DNA of 64,000 nt. Source: Gordius albopunctatus. Lineage: Eukaryota. The notes below the pieces were generated by a model. It searched no databases, was not told the DNA's origin, and saw only the letters and a list, made by a program, of their open reading frames with translations. The position numbers and the translations under genes are program-made. Where the stretch lies: contig OZ193909.1 in NCBI GenBank assembly GCA_964276515.1, positions 16,306,001 through 16,370,000 of the forward strand, read 5' to 3'. Positions 25,992 to 40,429 of this stretch are shown one piece after another (the first letter of the stretch is position 1; the number at the start of each line of letters is the position of its first letter).

Positions 25992-28214
25992 AATTGCAGA
26001 ATTAATCAACTTTTAATAAAATGAATTAATTTTTCTCTAAGAAGATTCCCCCATTTGGTAAATGGGTATTAAATAAAAAGTACATTAATATAAATTGGTT
26101 TTCTCCCCTTTCGTCGTCCACTAAGAAACCCTCGAAGAAAAATCTCCCTAAATTTCCCCTAGATAATTGTGTTTAGACGTGAGTACATTTGAGACCTATA
26201 AATAAACTCATGGCTCATTTGTTATATGACTTGTCAGAATTAAAGATTCAAATTATATAGAAGTGAAACAAAAAACTATGTGTTTAGACATTATAAGTTT
26301 TCAAATATTATTCAACGCAAATAACTAAATTAAATATTTTTAGCAATAGTCTAGAAAATTTGAGCTTTCATCTAAATTGTTATCTTATTACCAATAGAGG
26401 GTTCAATAATATAAAACGCATTAACGAATTTTATTTTGAAATGTCGGTTGTCACTCGAATGGTCACACTCAAAAATTTTACAAATATATATTGTTTACAA
26501 AAGTGTTATATAAGATAAAAAGGAATTAGGTAAGGATTAATCATCAAACATTTTTGATGATTTATCCTTCTATGCATTATTAAATAATTACCCTAAAGAT
26601 ATCACAACCTCATACCAGCTTGCACGCGTTTATACCTTAGATATGAATTATTCTATTAATTTACAATCTAAATACACATCTCTAAAACTGGAAAAAGTTT
26701 TAAAGCCAAAAATACCTCTTTAAAACTATAAATTTTCAACTGGTTAAAAGATTTGGACAGAGATAGAATAAACTTTTAGAGATTAAAGGAGTTAATGCTA
26801 AATATGCTTTAAATCCTATAATCTACTAAGCTTGGAAAATGAAAATAATTATGGTATGAAAAGGTACGGATTATAACTACTATTATTGAGTAAGGTTAGA
26901 TTAGTTATTACTTGAGATAAAAGTTAATATCGAGAATTTTAGTAGGCCAAAATTTTCCTGACTTTCAAAAAGAGCTGATAGATGCTACGTACTTTAAATA
27001 TATAGTCGCTAAATTTATAGCGTTTATAGGAAAGGGGATATAGAAAATATAACAAAGTTATATTATTTGGTAGAATTACAAAAAATTCCATCCTTTTACT
27101 CTTTAAAAATTGTTAATCGATATTTGCAATTTGAATTTTGAATTTCTTTAAGTACAATTTAAAATTCTATTTGATCATGTATCGAATCGCTTCCGTAGGA
27201 TTAAAGCTCGAAATCAATCGTTTTAGTTTAAAATTCGCTATTGTCCAAATATTTTTAACCACTACAAAGAATTATGACGTGAGCGAAAATCGTTTAGGTG
27301 CGATAATTTTTGATATAAGGCAACTCATAATAATTTATACAATATGGCACGCGGTGGACTCTAAGCTTGGTCAAAAAACCAATTATTATTTTTACGCCGA
27401 AAAATAATTCCCCATTAACTTATAAAAATTATGGTGCGTGAAGGTACACGTGTATCAACACATATTTTAATACAGCATCTGAAATAGTAAATCAAACCAA
27501 GGGGAAGGGGGGGGGGTGTTGAGAATATGAAATATGAGCTTCTTAATTCCCCACTGGGATTCGAAGAGGTCATCTCTTACATGCTATGACCGGTCATTAA
27601 ATGTGAGGATCACACCAACGCACGTATATAATCATAAGAAATGTGGGCTTTCTTAACGACAATCTTGAATCATTTCGAAAGATTTATTTTTTAAGATTAC
27701 ACACACTTACACCTTTGTGGTGCATTCGCTCGCTCCTTGTCTTACAATTTTTTAACGTGTTCACCCAGCCGTGCTGCTTGGCTCGTCTTAAATTAAAACT
27801 GTTTCAAGCCGTTGAATCTTGGACAGTTCTTAAAGTGAGATTTATTAGCCAAGCATAATCCTTAAAATTTGATAACTTATCTCATTTTATGTTATAATGA
27901 AAAGGTACAAATCTTTAGTTAAATTAATTAATTATTGGCAAATCCATGTGAGAGTGGGGGGGGGGATAATAAATATAAGGGTTTACGGAATATTAATATA
28001 CCTTAATTTTCCTGTCCTAAAACTTCTTAAATCGGTTGTAGAAAAATAGGGTCACTCTTAATTAACCTAAATAATTAATAATAAATCTCATTCACTTCAT
28101 ACAAAACGCTCCGCATTATATAAATTTTAATTATGACGTATAATCTATATACTACCACCATAGGTATAAAATCAAACACGTTTTTTTGTAAAACTTATTG
28201 GTGAGTCAATAATG

Positions 28215-28334
28215 AGGGGGCGGGCGGGTGGCAATAGTGATTTAGGGAAGGGCAAAATGAACTTTTTAGAAATTTATAATTGGATTTAGCGGAGGCAGCA
28301 GCCCCTTCTTGCCCCTCACTTGGCTACGCCCATT
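28215..28334. mobile_element. Partial MITE, CATGGGCGTAGCCA family
   Basis: GGCAATAGTGATTTAGGG..TGGCTACGCCCAT; left TIR missing. Confidence 0.65.
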
Positions 28335-29095
28335 TTGGTTGATTCATTTTAAGTTATAGCCTTATTGATTTATTTGGTTTTTATCTTTAATTTACTAATG
28401 ATTATTTATAAAGATTAATAATTTAAAATGTTACTTATTTATCCTTTTAACAAAAACCAATTTAGCTTAATGACTTGGCAAAGTGAGGAATTCGCTCTTA
28501 GAATTAATAGTCATATTAATACATGCTTGGGAAAATTATTTTAAACAATAAATCACTCTCGCAGCGATCAACTGCAAAAATGTTAAAATTTTTATATAAA
28601 ACATCGTAAAATCAATATTTCATCAACTATTTTTATCATAAGCTTAATATGGAAACCCAAATTTTGCACTGCTTTTATATTTTTACTAATATTTATAAAA
28701 TTCCTATGGTTTAAGTTATGAAAATATTTTCATGAATTACTTAATTGGCCCTATGAGAATAATTGTGGTTTAAAATTCGTTAACAAGACTAGCTTTATTT
28801 TAATATGGTTTTAGCAACAAAAGCACAAGGCTCAGATTTTTTCCACCAAAAACATTTAAATTAATACAAGTTTTGGTAATTATAGACGTATTTATATCGG
28901 CATTAATATAGGCAGTAGACAAAAAAATATAAAAAGTCCTCAATGAACATTACACCCTTTGATTGTTTAAACCTAGGCGACAATCTTTCTATTAATTTTA
29001 AGCATACTTTTAACTCATGATGACAATCAACAATTAATGCGTGTGTAGCAGTATACTTACATATATCTAAAAACAAAAACTTGCCAAAAACTTAC

Positions 29096-30018
29096 CGGTA
29101 GTACTGAATGAAAGATAGGCCGGGCGGTGCGGAAGGGGCTCGTCTCCTTTGGGGCGGTCTAATATCGCAGGAATAGTCACCATCGGGTAGGGCACTGAAG
29201 TATGTGGTTTGACCTTTATTTAATATGTGTACAGGACTTGTGCCCGTTATTTGCAAGCTAGGAGACCGTATTTTTTTGTGGTGACAATGCGGGGACCAAT
29301 TAACCGCAGAATCTCCTCTATTACCCTTTTCCTCGTGCTTGCTAACAACTCGGGCCGTCTCGTCAGAATCCGTTGATATTTTGCGAGTTTCGGGTGCTGG
29401 GGATAGGTTTCGATTTGAACTGCCGGAGGAATAATCGAAACCATTGTTTCCCGCCCAATTAAATGAACGTTTGATCCGCGTTCCTTGTTCAGCAACGGAA
29501 CCAAATCCTGCTACCCCTAATGGTCCCAACGATTTTCTCCTACTATTAATGGCCTTTATGTAATTGTCCAAGAGTTGGGAATCGCTAGGTTCCTTACTTG
29601 ATTCCTCCCCTTGTGACGAACTATCATCTTCGCGATCTGAACAATAACAGGCATCTAGCCCGCCTTGCGAGCTATAAGGTCTAGCCTCACAAGCAGAAGT
29701 AGCTTGTTCGCGCTCGATCTCTTCCATAATTGCGTAGGGGTCGTCCGGAGGCAATTGATCAAATATATGGGAACCAGGTTCTTCCGGAATTTTTTGGGGC
29801 ATTACGGGAGGTGTTGACGTGGAATGGCGTTCATCTTTGTGCGACGAAGGAGTGGCTAAAGGAGAAGAAGGAGTTGTTCCGGGTTTGAGGAAAGCCGAGA
29901 ATGAAAACCTTTTAGTTTTGACATTGTATACTGGCGTGTTCGTCGGGTTGAGCAAGTCCCCAGCCGAAGCCCGACTCCCTCCAGGGGGCGGTGACGTAGG
30001 GGAGGAGGAATCACTCAT
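29096..30018 (-). CDS. Large first coding exon of an unidentified gene (Ser/Pro-rich, likely disordered N-terminus)
   Basis: 923-nt open frame from ATG, GC-rich relative to flanks; ends TAC CG|GTAAGT (strong phase-2 donor), so the ORF-track stop is intronic. No recognisable domain. Confidence 0.75.
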
Positions 30019-31062
30019 AATGACAATAACTCCTGTCTCGACGTTCCTGGGAATGAAAATTCAGATTTATTTGCTAGGCCTGGTAGGGAATATGTCGAAT
30101 TAAATTGGAGTGGTTTGAATAGTTCTTGCAAGTTGTTGATTAAGGCGAGTTATTGTTTGGGTCTATATAAATGTTTAACTGATTTGGAGTAGTGTGGCAA
30201 ACAGCTGGCACGATACTACCAACTTTATATCTGTTAAATCGATCCCACTTTTTACAGTAGTTATATATTGATAAAATCGACAGTAAAGGGTATAGGTATT
30301 TTGAGGGTATGGTAGAGTGCTAAGGTGTGCGCCAATTATTTTAGGGAAGGATGACAGAGAGTGCTCCTCAAGTTTTGCGATTTAATTAAATTAAGGCATC
30401 CGTTCCCTATTCAAGCCGCCCCCTCGAAGCGGTAATTAAAGGGCGAATAAAGTCCGTTCTTAGGATTAACATGGTATAGAGGACAACAGGTAATTTGGTT
30501 TCGAATTACCATTTGGCCGGCCGCACGCAATGTTAATAATTACTATTTCATCTTATTTCATGTTGAAGCAAATTAAAATTTTCCGCTGGGAAAAAGTGTG
30601 GGAGGGAGATAGTTGAGATTTCCCCTTTTTTGATTGATTAAACCCTTTAGCCAGCCAGCAGTGTGCTGGTCAGCGGTCCAGGCAAGAACAATAATGGTTT
30701 ATGTTAATAAAGAGGTAATGGACACAACCCAAGGGTATGTCGTGGGAGAGAAGGGAGATTAAAAGTGGCACATACGGGCATGCATGAGCAAGTGTCCATT
30801 TTAATTTTTGCTTTAGTTTCGCTCCGATGGGGGGAGAGGGGGGGGGGCGGGTAGGACTGAAGGAAAATTTAAGTACCAGTGGCGGCATTCAGGTTGAAAT
30901 GAAACATAATTTAACTAGACCCATTATTATTATGCATAATTTAGGTAGTGGCCTTGTGGTTAGCTAACGATGTTGAAAAAGCCATAACTCTCAATTTTGA
31001 AAAGATTATTCCACCAAAAATCGCGCCTGATATAATCAAAGTCAACACCCTCACACACTCAC

Positions 31063-31215
31063 CTTCTTCGTGATGACAGATACACTTTTAATTTGGTTCA
31101 GGGTGACTGTATAAAAATAGATCTAGTTTATTGATTTTTAAATAAAAACAATTGTAAAAAACCATGTATAGAGTGTGTGCTGTGTTGTGTAGAGGAGAGA
31201 GAGCAACTGGCAATT
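31063..31215 (-). other. Candidate non-coding 5' exon / TSS of the 29096-30018 gene
   Basis: Minus strand: Inr-like CCAGTT with CT/CA-rich leader, donor AAG|GTGAGT at 31062, possible acceptor TTTAACAG| at 30231. Confidence 0.35.
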
Positions 31216-34200
31216 ACTAATATTAAAGCCGGATCCCAATGTTTTTAACTTAAATGAACCCAACGGCCACTCTACAATATTAATGTAGGGTATATGGGGA
31301 GAAAGGTCTCACTATTTTATTGCTGCAGCTCCCGTGACGGTACAAAAAGTCAATAAAACTAATTAATTTTGTGATCAAAAAATGAAAACTGTAGAGCACA
31401 TCTTCACAAACCAGTTTTCTCAACAACACTTGAACAAATAACACTATTGCGCGCAAGGTAGCTAGCTGACTTACATAATTATATTTTTACTCCGCCTAAA
31501 TATTACTTACTCAACCCTTGCTATTGGTATTTTAGGGGCATATTTTACCGATATTCAATTAATATTTATGCTGTCATTTATAATATTTTGGGGAGATTCG
31601 CCAAGTAGGTTTAGGCTATATTCCCCTAAATACTTTGGGTGTATATGAATGTTTTTTCCGAATTATCTACTTTATATTAAACATCCAAAACAAGCGAAAA
31701 TATATTGCGAGATTACAAAAAATATTTACCAAAATATTTGAACATCAAGTTTTTAAAAATATTTTAGCCCCAAGTTTTAAAATTTCGACAATTATTTAAT
31801 AAAAAATCTAAATTTTGTAATTTTTAAATTTTTATCCTATGGGACAATAATAAGCAGGTTTATAAACTAAGTGTAGCAAATAATTTTCCAGGCAACAAAA
31901 ATAACATTTATGTTTATGTCGTTCTTTGATTCATATTGTTATTTTCGGAAGAAGAAAGACACCCCAATTCCTTTAAAATTTGAAAAAGGTGGTAAAATAC
32001 CTAACTCGCTTTTGACAACTTAATTGAAAGGATAAAGTAATTTGCCGCGGGATTTAATATTTTTGGAATCTAAAATCGAAACGAGAAATATTATAAAATA
32101 TGTTGCTGTTTTTGAAATTTAACATTTAGAAGGCTATTATTTTATTTTGTCTCTTTATAATAACAAATTAATTTTGTACATTTTTCATAATGTAAATTAT
32201 TCATTGATTTCATCAACAAAATATGTTTTTGACAATATGGATCGTTAAACGATATTGCAAGGCAGGCCAGGCTAACAGGAAATGTAGACTATTTTTTCAT
32301 TATGAAATTCTTGATTGTAAATTAAAATCTATTTTTACGAATGGAATTTAATAGATTGGCCCTTATTTAGTTTCCCTTAGCTTGTAAATTCAGTAGAGCT
32401 TTCTAAATACAAAAACAGATGGAAACTCAAATCTTTTTAAGTCACAAATTCTAAAGTTTAATTAAATTTAAAATTCTCTTTTTAGCCCAAATTTCTGACT
32501 TATAATGAATTTAACAAATCGTATTATGATGGAGGCAAAAAATCTAGCATAACAAATTGTTCAGTAAATAATGACGCACTTTAAAGAGCTGTTAAATCAC
32601 AATATAACCTTTAAGAGTATATATATTTCTATATCTTATATATAGATATAAGATAAAAAGCCACTTTGCTGCAGAGAAAAATAGAGTAAATTATCACTTT
32701 ACACCTTATTTTTTATAATTTAGAAATCTATGGAAGTCCAAGCTTGTTTATTAGTGAATTTGTGTCAAAGCCACTCAAAATTTGTATCCAGTCTGAATAG
32801 ATCAAAGAGAGCTTATATGCTTTTAAAACTAATTAAGCTTTGTTATTTGAAACACTAATCGAAATATAGGAACACGTTTATATTTGACATTATACGGAAA
32901 TGTAATGGCTCGTGAATTAGTGAAAAGAAATAATTTAACAAGATTGCTAAGGTGGAAAGATGTAATTTCTTGGGCCCGAGACCGACTCGACTTATTTTTT
33001 TTATTACAACGTTTGGGCAAGTTTCAATAATAAATTTTATTGTTTATAATTATTAATTGAAAACAAGGGTGGAAATGATGGATGAAGAATCCAATTTTAT
33101 ATTGCCAAAATTTAATAAAATAATTTTTTTACGTAATAAAATCTAATTTTAAAATATTTATTTTTCTCACTGTTAAAAATAAGCTTTGTAAATTATTGAC
33201 TTTTTTATCATTCTAAAGCTACTGTGAATTTGCTTATTTGATGAAAAAAATTATTAGACAGTGAGGGGGAGCTGCAGTTTTAAATAAAAATGTATTATAT
33301 AAAGTTGGATTATTTTAAAGCTCATTTTTTCAATGATTTGTTTGCGTTGTTTTTCTACGGACACGATTTGGGCCTCAAATTGGATTGGCCCATCAGCACC
33401 TGCCCGGGCCCAATTCATTCACATTTTTGACCAAGCTCGGCCCAAAATCTTTTTGGGCCATGCTGAGTTAGATGGGCTTGGTCTGGGTCTGGCTTCGGGG
33501 TCGCAGGGTTATTCTATACCTAACTCATTATTTAATGATGAAGTAATTTTTAAATTTTATTTGTTAAAGGATGATTCACCGTGTCGCTAGACAAAAGGAT
33601 GGTATTTTATAAAAATTACATTGAATGCTGACTTAAATTGTGAGTGATTTTTGTCTACCTACTTAACCTTTATGAAATAAATAAGATTAACTGTGAACAA
33701 TTTTTAGGATTTAATGATTTTGGGCGTATTAATTAACCACTACCAGGAGGATATTACAATTTTTAATATGCATACGAAATGACATATATAAAAAGTATAA
33801 GTTATGTTAGCTCTAATTAATTTTTAAATATTGAAGGTTTGAAGTAAGTCAGTTTCTTACTTTTATAAAAACTTTTGTTACCAAATAAAAGTGTTTGTGA
33901 TAAACAGTGGCTTGACTGGTTTTTTCCCTTGGGAGGCCGAACTTAAATTTCACACCACTGTGGAGGGGTCAACGACGATCTAAAAAACTTTTTCATAGCC
34001 ATTTAATAAACTTAATAATCAGCTATTCCTTTGTGTAATTGTTTTCGAAATTTGCTTGAACTCCTAACTATTTAAATCAGTATCAAAATGATATACCAAA
34101 TCTTGGATCTTCCCTTTTACCTTCGACTGAGGACACGAAAATTAGTGAGCTAAATAGAAAAATCAATTAGTTTACCTAAATCTTAAAACACTGGGGCCCA

Positions 34201-34257
34201 GTGTTTTAAGATTTTAAAAGGGTATGAATGGATCGGAAAACGTCTATATATATTCTC

Positions 34258-34366
34258 TAGTGTTGCAAAAACTGATGGGTTTTCGGTCAAACCTTTGGTC
34301 TGTTTATGTTTAATCGGCTAAAAGCAAAGGTCTACCAAACAAAACCAAGCCGTTTGTGCAACATTA
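34258..34366. mobile_element. Short hAT-type MITE, TAGTGTTGCA family
   Basis: TAGTGTTGCA / TGCAACATTA; flanks ATATTCTC / ATAGTCTC (7/8). Confidence 0.75.
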
Positions 34367-34416
34367 ATAGTCTCTAATTAACACTTATCAATTTAAAATG
34401 CGCCTTTTGATATTGA

Positions 34417-34548
34417 TGAATGAATGAATGAATGAATGAATGAATGAATGAATGAATGAATGAATGAATGAATGAATGAATGAATGAATGAATGAATGAA
34501 TGAATGAATGAATGAATGAATGAATGAATGAATAAATGAATGAATGAA
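34417..34548. repeat. (TGAA)n microsatellite, ~33 units
   Basis: Directly visible; one TAAA interruption. Confidence 0.98.
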
Positions 34549-35825
34549 TAACGTTAAAAATATAATATGATTTTCATCGTTAATTTAATAAACATTCAAT
34601 AATTTTAAATTAATATAGTACAATGAAAAAACACACCTTATATACTCTGGGAAACACAAGGAAAAAATCTAGATGATTTTATTATGAACTCTCGGCTGAC
34701 TTGACTTAATCTATGCCCGGCCCGTCTCCTCTAGGTTATATTACACCCCGTCCCAGATATGTTATTTTTTTGAGGTAAAACCCGGTCCGCGGGTTGAGCT
34801 TTTAGGCCTGGCATCTTCTAAAATATCCCGTAATAAAATTGAATGTTAATAACAACAAAACAATGTAATCAAAATGATTACATTAAGCCATCACAAAATT
34901 ATATAACCTACTAGATACTATAGCCAAACATGTCATAAATAATATAGTGATTGATTTTAGAGTTATACAAAATGGCATTTAATCGGTCCAAGCCCGATCC
35001 GAACCCCAATATTTTTTTAAATTATGGTTTAATGAGCTCAGCTCGCGTTTTAATATTAATTCTTAAGCAGCTTTTCGGAAAACATTATTTTAGCATATTA
35101 ATTATAATTAAATTGTTTGCTATTGATATATTATTTCAAGCAAGGATAAGTATGACGAATGATTAATTAAAAAATCTGATTTTTCCTGCTACAATTTATT
35201 CAGTTCGTTTGTAATACATAAAATCCTATATCAAAACTACATTTTTAATACGTGGTTAAAATAAATAACTTCACTCGATACTATGTTTTTAGGTAAATAT
35301 TTAAAAAAATGAAAATACAGTTTCACCGTTTTGAATTAAAATCGCTCTACAAATCCTATATTTATTTTAGAGTTAAGTGGAAAACTTAATGGTTCGTTAA
35401 TAAAGTTTGGCCCAGTAGGGTTGGCCCATCAGGCCCGTGCATAGCGATTTTGAGATCAACATATATTGTCAAAAAAACTTTAGAGACAACAAATTGACAA
35501 AATTAGAAACAAATAACCATGGGCGTACGCAGGATTTTATTTAGGAAGGGGAAGGGGGGGGGGTTATATTTTTTTAATTTGTTAATTTATTATATAATTA
35601 GAACCCTGCGCGGCTACCCCGACCCTGCACGAATGGAAACGGGCTCATGCAAAAGTTAATAAAAAAATTAGGCTTGGGTCGGACCTGGTGAGGCAGCCCA
35701 GCCCAAACCCCGAGCTCATCCCGAATTAATCCCAAGGCAACCCATTTATACAGTATGATTTAAATAAACCGAACTCAATAGAAATAATATTTCTTCGCGC
35801 AGCGTACACAATATAGCCTTTACAC

Positions 35826-37260
35826 CAGAGGTCAGATTTGTTGGGAATTTTCTGCCCGAACCCGCTCCGACTAAATTTTTTACCTTAATTGCCCGCCCGG
35901 GCCCGCCCGAACCCATCTAAGTGTCCGCCGGGGGCCGCCCGAATTAGTAAAGCTGCCCGAATCGCCGGCCCGAAATATTAAATTTGCCCGTTAGTGCCGA
36001 ATTTATGAGGTCCCAAAAAGAGGTCGGAGTAGTTTAAATTTTTCTGCCCGAACCCCGCCCGGTCCAATTTTAACTAAATTGCCTGCCTGAACCCTTCTAA
36101 GTGTCGGCTCAGCCATGCCCAAATCATTAGAGCTGCCTGGATTGATTAATAAAATTTTCCCGGTAGACCCGAAATTATCCAATCCCAAAATCTTTAGCCA
36201 CTATTACAAAATAAGCAATGGCATATTGATCCAAAAAAAGATGACAATATTTTATTATTCATATCGTCGACAATTTCCGGGGATAATCTTGTGCGTCTTT
36301 CCTCTATTAATCTTCCTGCGATAGAAAAACTTCTTTCACTAGCAGCACTTGTCGCCGGGATGGCAAAGAGTATTTTTGTAAACCTTGCTAATTTAGGATA
36401 CCTAAAATAGTTATAATTTTTAATAACTTTAATGTGACTTGTTTGCTTTATTTTTCCACCGTGTTCTTTTAGTTGTTAAGAAATTAAATGAATTACAATT
36501 ATGCGCATTGTTAGAAAATGGCATGAGCCTTTGTTTTAAGTCTAGACGGCACACATGTGTAGTGTATTGCGAGCAATGAAATGGCTTTGGCTACTACATA
36601 AATATAAATAATCCAATCCTTTCCATAATGGAGTAGGACAAAGATATAACTGAACGCGATAAAAATGTAATAAAATAATTTACTACCAGAGTAAAATGGT
36701 TTCTTCCATAGTATTAGATTAGAGTAGCAGTTTACAAGGGCGTAGCCAGCATTAAAATTAGAGGGGGGCAATAATGATTTAGGGAGGGGCGAAATGATCA
36801 TATTTTGAAAATTTAGCCATAATTATAATACATTTTAACAAATTTTTGAGTTTAGAGGGGGGCAGCTGCCCCTTCCAGCCCCCCCCCCCCCTTGTCTACG
36901 CCCATGGCAGTTTAAATCGTTGTGATTTTATTCTTTTATAATATAATCAGAAAATTAAAAAAATTTGATCTTGAGACAAACCAGTTAAACTAATTTATTC
37001 GAAATAAAATTTACTTTTGAAGAAATTGAAATTAGGACATTATATAAACGTACAATGAAGATTTAAGCGATGGAAAAAAATCTAGTCAAATTTATTATGG
37101 GCCGAAATTGTTTATAAGCGAATTTTTCTTTTTTCAAGGAAAATTAATTTGATAAAATTTTGGGCATGCCTGAATTGCCCGAATCTTATCAGCGTGCCCG
37201 CCCGGGCCCGCCCTAAAATTAAAGGCAGTTACGGGCCGGGCCGGGCATTTCTGGTCTCTG
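35826..37260 (-). mobile_element. Non-autonomous hAT element with transposase C-terminal remnant
   Basis: TIRs CAGAGGTCAGA / TCTGGTCTCTG; perfect TSD CTTTACAC; GCCCG subterminal repeats; minus strand ~36405-36260 reads YPKLARFTKILFAIPATSAASERS..AGRLIEERRTRLSPEIVDD. Confidence 0.9.
36735..36906. mobile_element. hAT-type MITE (CATGGGCGTAGCCA family) nested in the 35826-37260 element
   Basis: CAAGGGCGTAG / CTACGCCCATG; perfect TSD GCAGTTTA. Confidence 0.9.
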
Positions 37261-37469
37261 CTTTACACTACACGGTCGCAGATTTCTCCAGAGTTTTTCG
37301 CTATGAACACGAATATATTTTTAGGTTTACCCTATGCGTCAAATATTTGATGCCAAAGTTGCTAAAAACTGTGGTTTTGGCGTTTTGAAAATTTAAATTT
37401 GCAAATTAATCGGAAAATTTTTAATTTGATTTATATAGAGGTGATAGGAATCCATTAAATATCGTGTAT

Positions 37470-39720
37470 TTGGTCCAACAGTCGTGGGGTTTTTTGGATG
37501 AGTTTCTTTCATCTTGACTGGGTAAGTGCCATGTCCTGGTTATCTTTTGTTCTCTAAGATTATCGACTTGGCCATTACAAATGACACAAGGTCGTTCTAT
37601 TCCTCTCTTCCCCGGTACCTCCATGTCCAGTACTTTTCGATTTACATCATTCGCTTCCCTTATTAGTATATGCCCATATCACCTTGGGCGATTTTCCTAA
37701 GTCGTTTCCAGGGTTGAATATCCATTTTTGTCATGAGAAAGTCATTCATCATATGGTCAAGCTTAATATAGCTCAAGCTTCACCGATAGCTTTTCTTCAG
37801 TGGTGTTTATTCGGCTTCTTCGAATATTTTCGCCATCTCTTCGCATACTACTATAACATCGGCACATAGCATACACCATAGCGATGGCTTTTAAATGTCT
37901 CTCGTTATCGTGTCCATATTTATATTAAATAAAAAGAAACTTAGAATAGATCCTTGATCTAATCCAACTTGTCATAAGCTTTCTCCAAGTGGATTAACAC
38001 CATATGTAGGTTTCTTCTCTTTTCATCATATTTATCTCATTTGTCTTAGTGCGAAGATTGGTTCGATTGTGAATTTGCCGGCCATGAATCCGAATTGCTT
38101 CGCCGATATTTCCACCTCGTTTTTAAGCCTTGTTACTAAGATGCTTTCCATATGCATCAAGGAGTGGCAAGTTAGCTTTATACCTCTGTAATTGTCACAA
38201 TCCTGAGGGTTTCCTTTGCTTTTAAATAAGGGTATAATCTTGCTTGCTCTTTGATCAGGAATTCGCTCTTCTACCAATATCTTGTTAAAGAGGTAGGTCA
38301 TACTCCTTCTTCACGGCACTTAAGCAAAGCTTCCATAAGTATTCCATCTGGGCCTTAAGCTTTTCCTATTTGCATTTTATTCATTTATGTCCTATCTTCA
38401 TCATCCTGAAAGAGTTCGATCATATTTATGTTAGGCTCAATATTAATAAGGGAATCTTTGTCATCAATTCATAACCTTTCCATCACTTCCTTCAGCTTGA
38501 ATAAAATTTGAAGTTTGTCGTTATTGACTATTTTAAAAACTCCCACATCGCAACTTTTCTTCTCTCTTATCATGGTCAATATGTACATAAGCCTATCGCC
38601 CCCTTTATGGTCCAGATTGTTTGCCATCTCGGTGCACGCGGCATCCTTCGTTATTGGAACGGCCTTTTTCGCGGCTCTCTTAGCCTCCCTATACTCTTAA
38701 TAATCCTCCGTTGTTTTTGATTTATGCCACCATCTGTATAGATTTTTTTGTTATTTCGATGAATTACTAACCAGTTGATCCCACCACCATAGTTCCCTAT
38801 TCATAGCTTTGCCTCCTTCGGTCTATCCAAGAACTCGAATCCATGTTATCATTATGTCCTTAGTTAGCGTCTCCCAATCTTAATTCTACGTCCCTTTGCA
38901 ACTTCCTTGCATCCAAGAGTGAGGAGACATTTTGATGATATTTATCGTTCGTCGACGTCTCCTTTAGCGTGTATCGAACTCAAGGTTCATAAACCCTTCA
39001 TATTTCTAGAAATACTTTTCTTTAAAGATCCATTAGAAGTGGACTATGTTGCCTGGCGATTTCTTCTCTTTGTATTACTTTGCAATCCTTGATACTCCAT
39101 AAGTTTTTTCGCCGTATAAGCAGATAGTCAATTTCACTAAAAAGCTTCCCACTTCTTATAAAGTCACAATATGATCTTCGCGTTTTCGAAAATAGGTATT
39201 AATGATAGCCATGTCATATGCTTGGGATACTTGGAGAAGTTTTTCCCCTTCTTTGTTCTTCAGACCATGCCCATAGCTTCCATGATTTCGTTCATATGCG
39301 AGGCAATCTTTCCCTACGTGAGCGTTGAAATCTAACCCAATAAGTAACCTTTCTTCCTGACCTTTTCTTTTTATTTTCCAATAAATCGAAGAATATGTCT
39401 TTCTCTGATTCCATACGCTAAATTTGGGGGGGGGGCACATGTGCACATAACGGTTAGGAGGCCCCCATGATCTGCAATCTTTACCAACATTAACCTGTCT
39501 AAACAACGCTTGACATCCACCACCTTGTCCTCGAACGATTCACTTAGAACGATACCGACCCCATTTTTACGATTTGGTGACCAACTGAAGAATAGTTTGT
39601 ACCCTTCTCCTAACTCCTGATCTTTGGTTCCGTTCCACCTTCGTCTCAATTTAAGACCAGCGCTGCTAAAGGAGCAAACAGACTTAGTACTAGCACCATT
39701 ATATGATTCCATTGTAAGAT
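37470..39720 (-). mobile_element. Degenerate RTE-clade LINE
   Basis: APE motifs NGVGIVL, DRLMLVKI, GLDFNAHVG, NTYFRKR; RT motifs IIPLFKSKGNPQDCDNYRGIKL, QFGFM..TIEPIFALRQ; 3' part MEVPGKRGIERP. Confidence 0.9.
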
Positions 39721-40429
39721 GCGCTTCCCTAGTGTATGGTACATTTTATACTGATTCCCTCTCACATGGTCCTAAATCTTATTAAAAACTACTATGGGGC
39801 GAGTGCTGTTATTTTTATACACCGCAAAATGTGCTGTTTTTTAAATTACCTTTAAACACCACCTTTATAAATTAAATAAGGGTTAGAGGTAGAGTAACAT
39901 TAATAACAACTAGCTAGCACCCCCTAAGCATATATCTGATAGTACATCAGAGTCTCTATGAAAAAAATAATATACTACTGGTGGGTTTGCAACACACCCG
40001 CATTAAATGTCTTCATAATAAAAGGAGACTATCAATATGGGTGTGGCTGGCTCTTACTATAATATAACTCTAGCAGACCTAGGGGTATTATGATCTAAAA
40101 TGTATTTGGATCTGACTTTTAAATCAAAAAATCATTTATTTACTACTTTTTGCCTCATTTATTTTAGAATGATATCGTTGCTTGTGTAAACAGATTGCAA
40201 CTTTATTTTAAAATAGAATAAATAAAGTTTATATATCCAAGACAAATATCGCTATAATTTCTAAACTAAGGTAACGTTAATATAAAACTAAATTCGTATA
40301 TTAATTAACGAAATTTGTAATCAAGTATTGTTTGATGACTTTTGAAAGGCGAAAAATGTGGGGGAATAAATAAATTTTTGTAGAAATAAACAGTTATTCA
40401 ATGCCGAAAGAATTTTCTATAGCATTGCA

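Noticed and set aside
29247..30103. Overlapping ORFs 29247-29504 (-) and 29819-30103 (+)
   Set aside because: Shadow frames of the GC-rich 29096-30018 exon.
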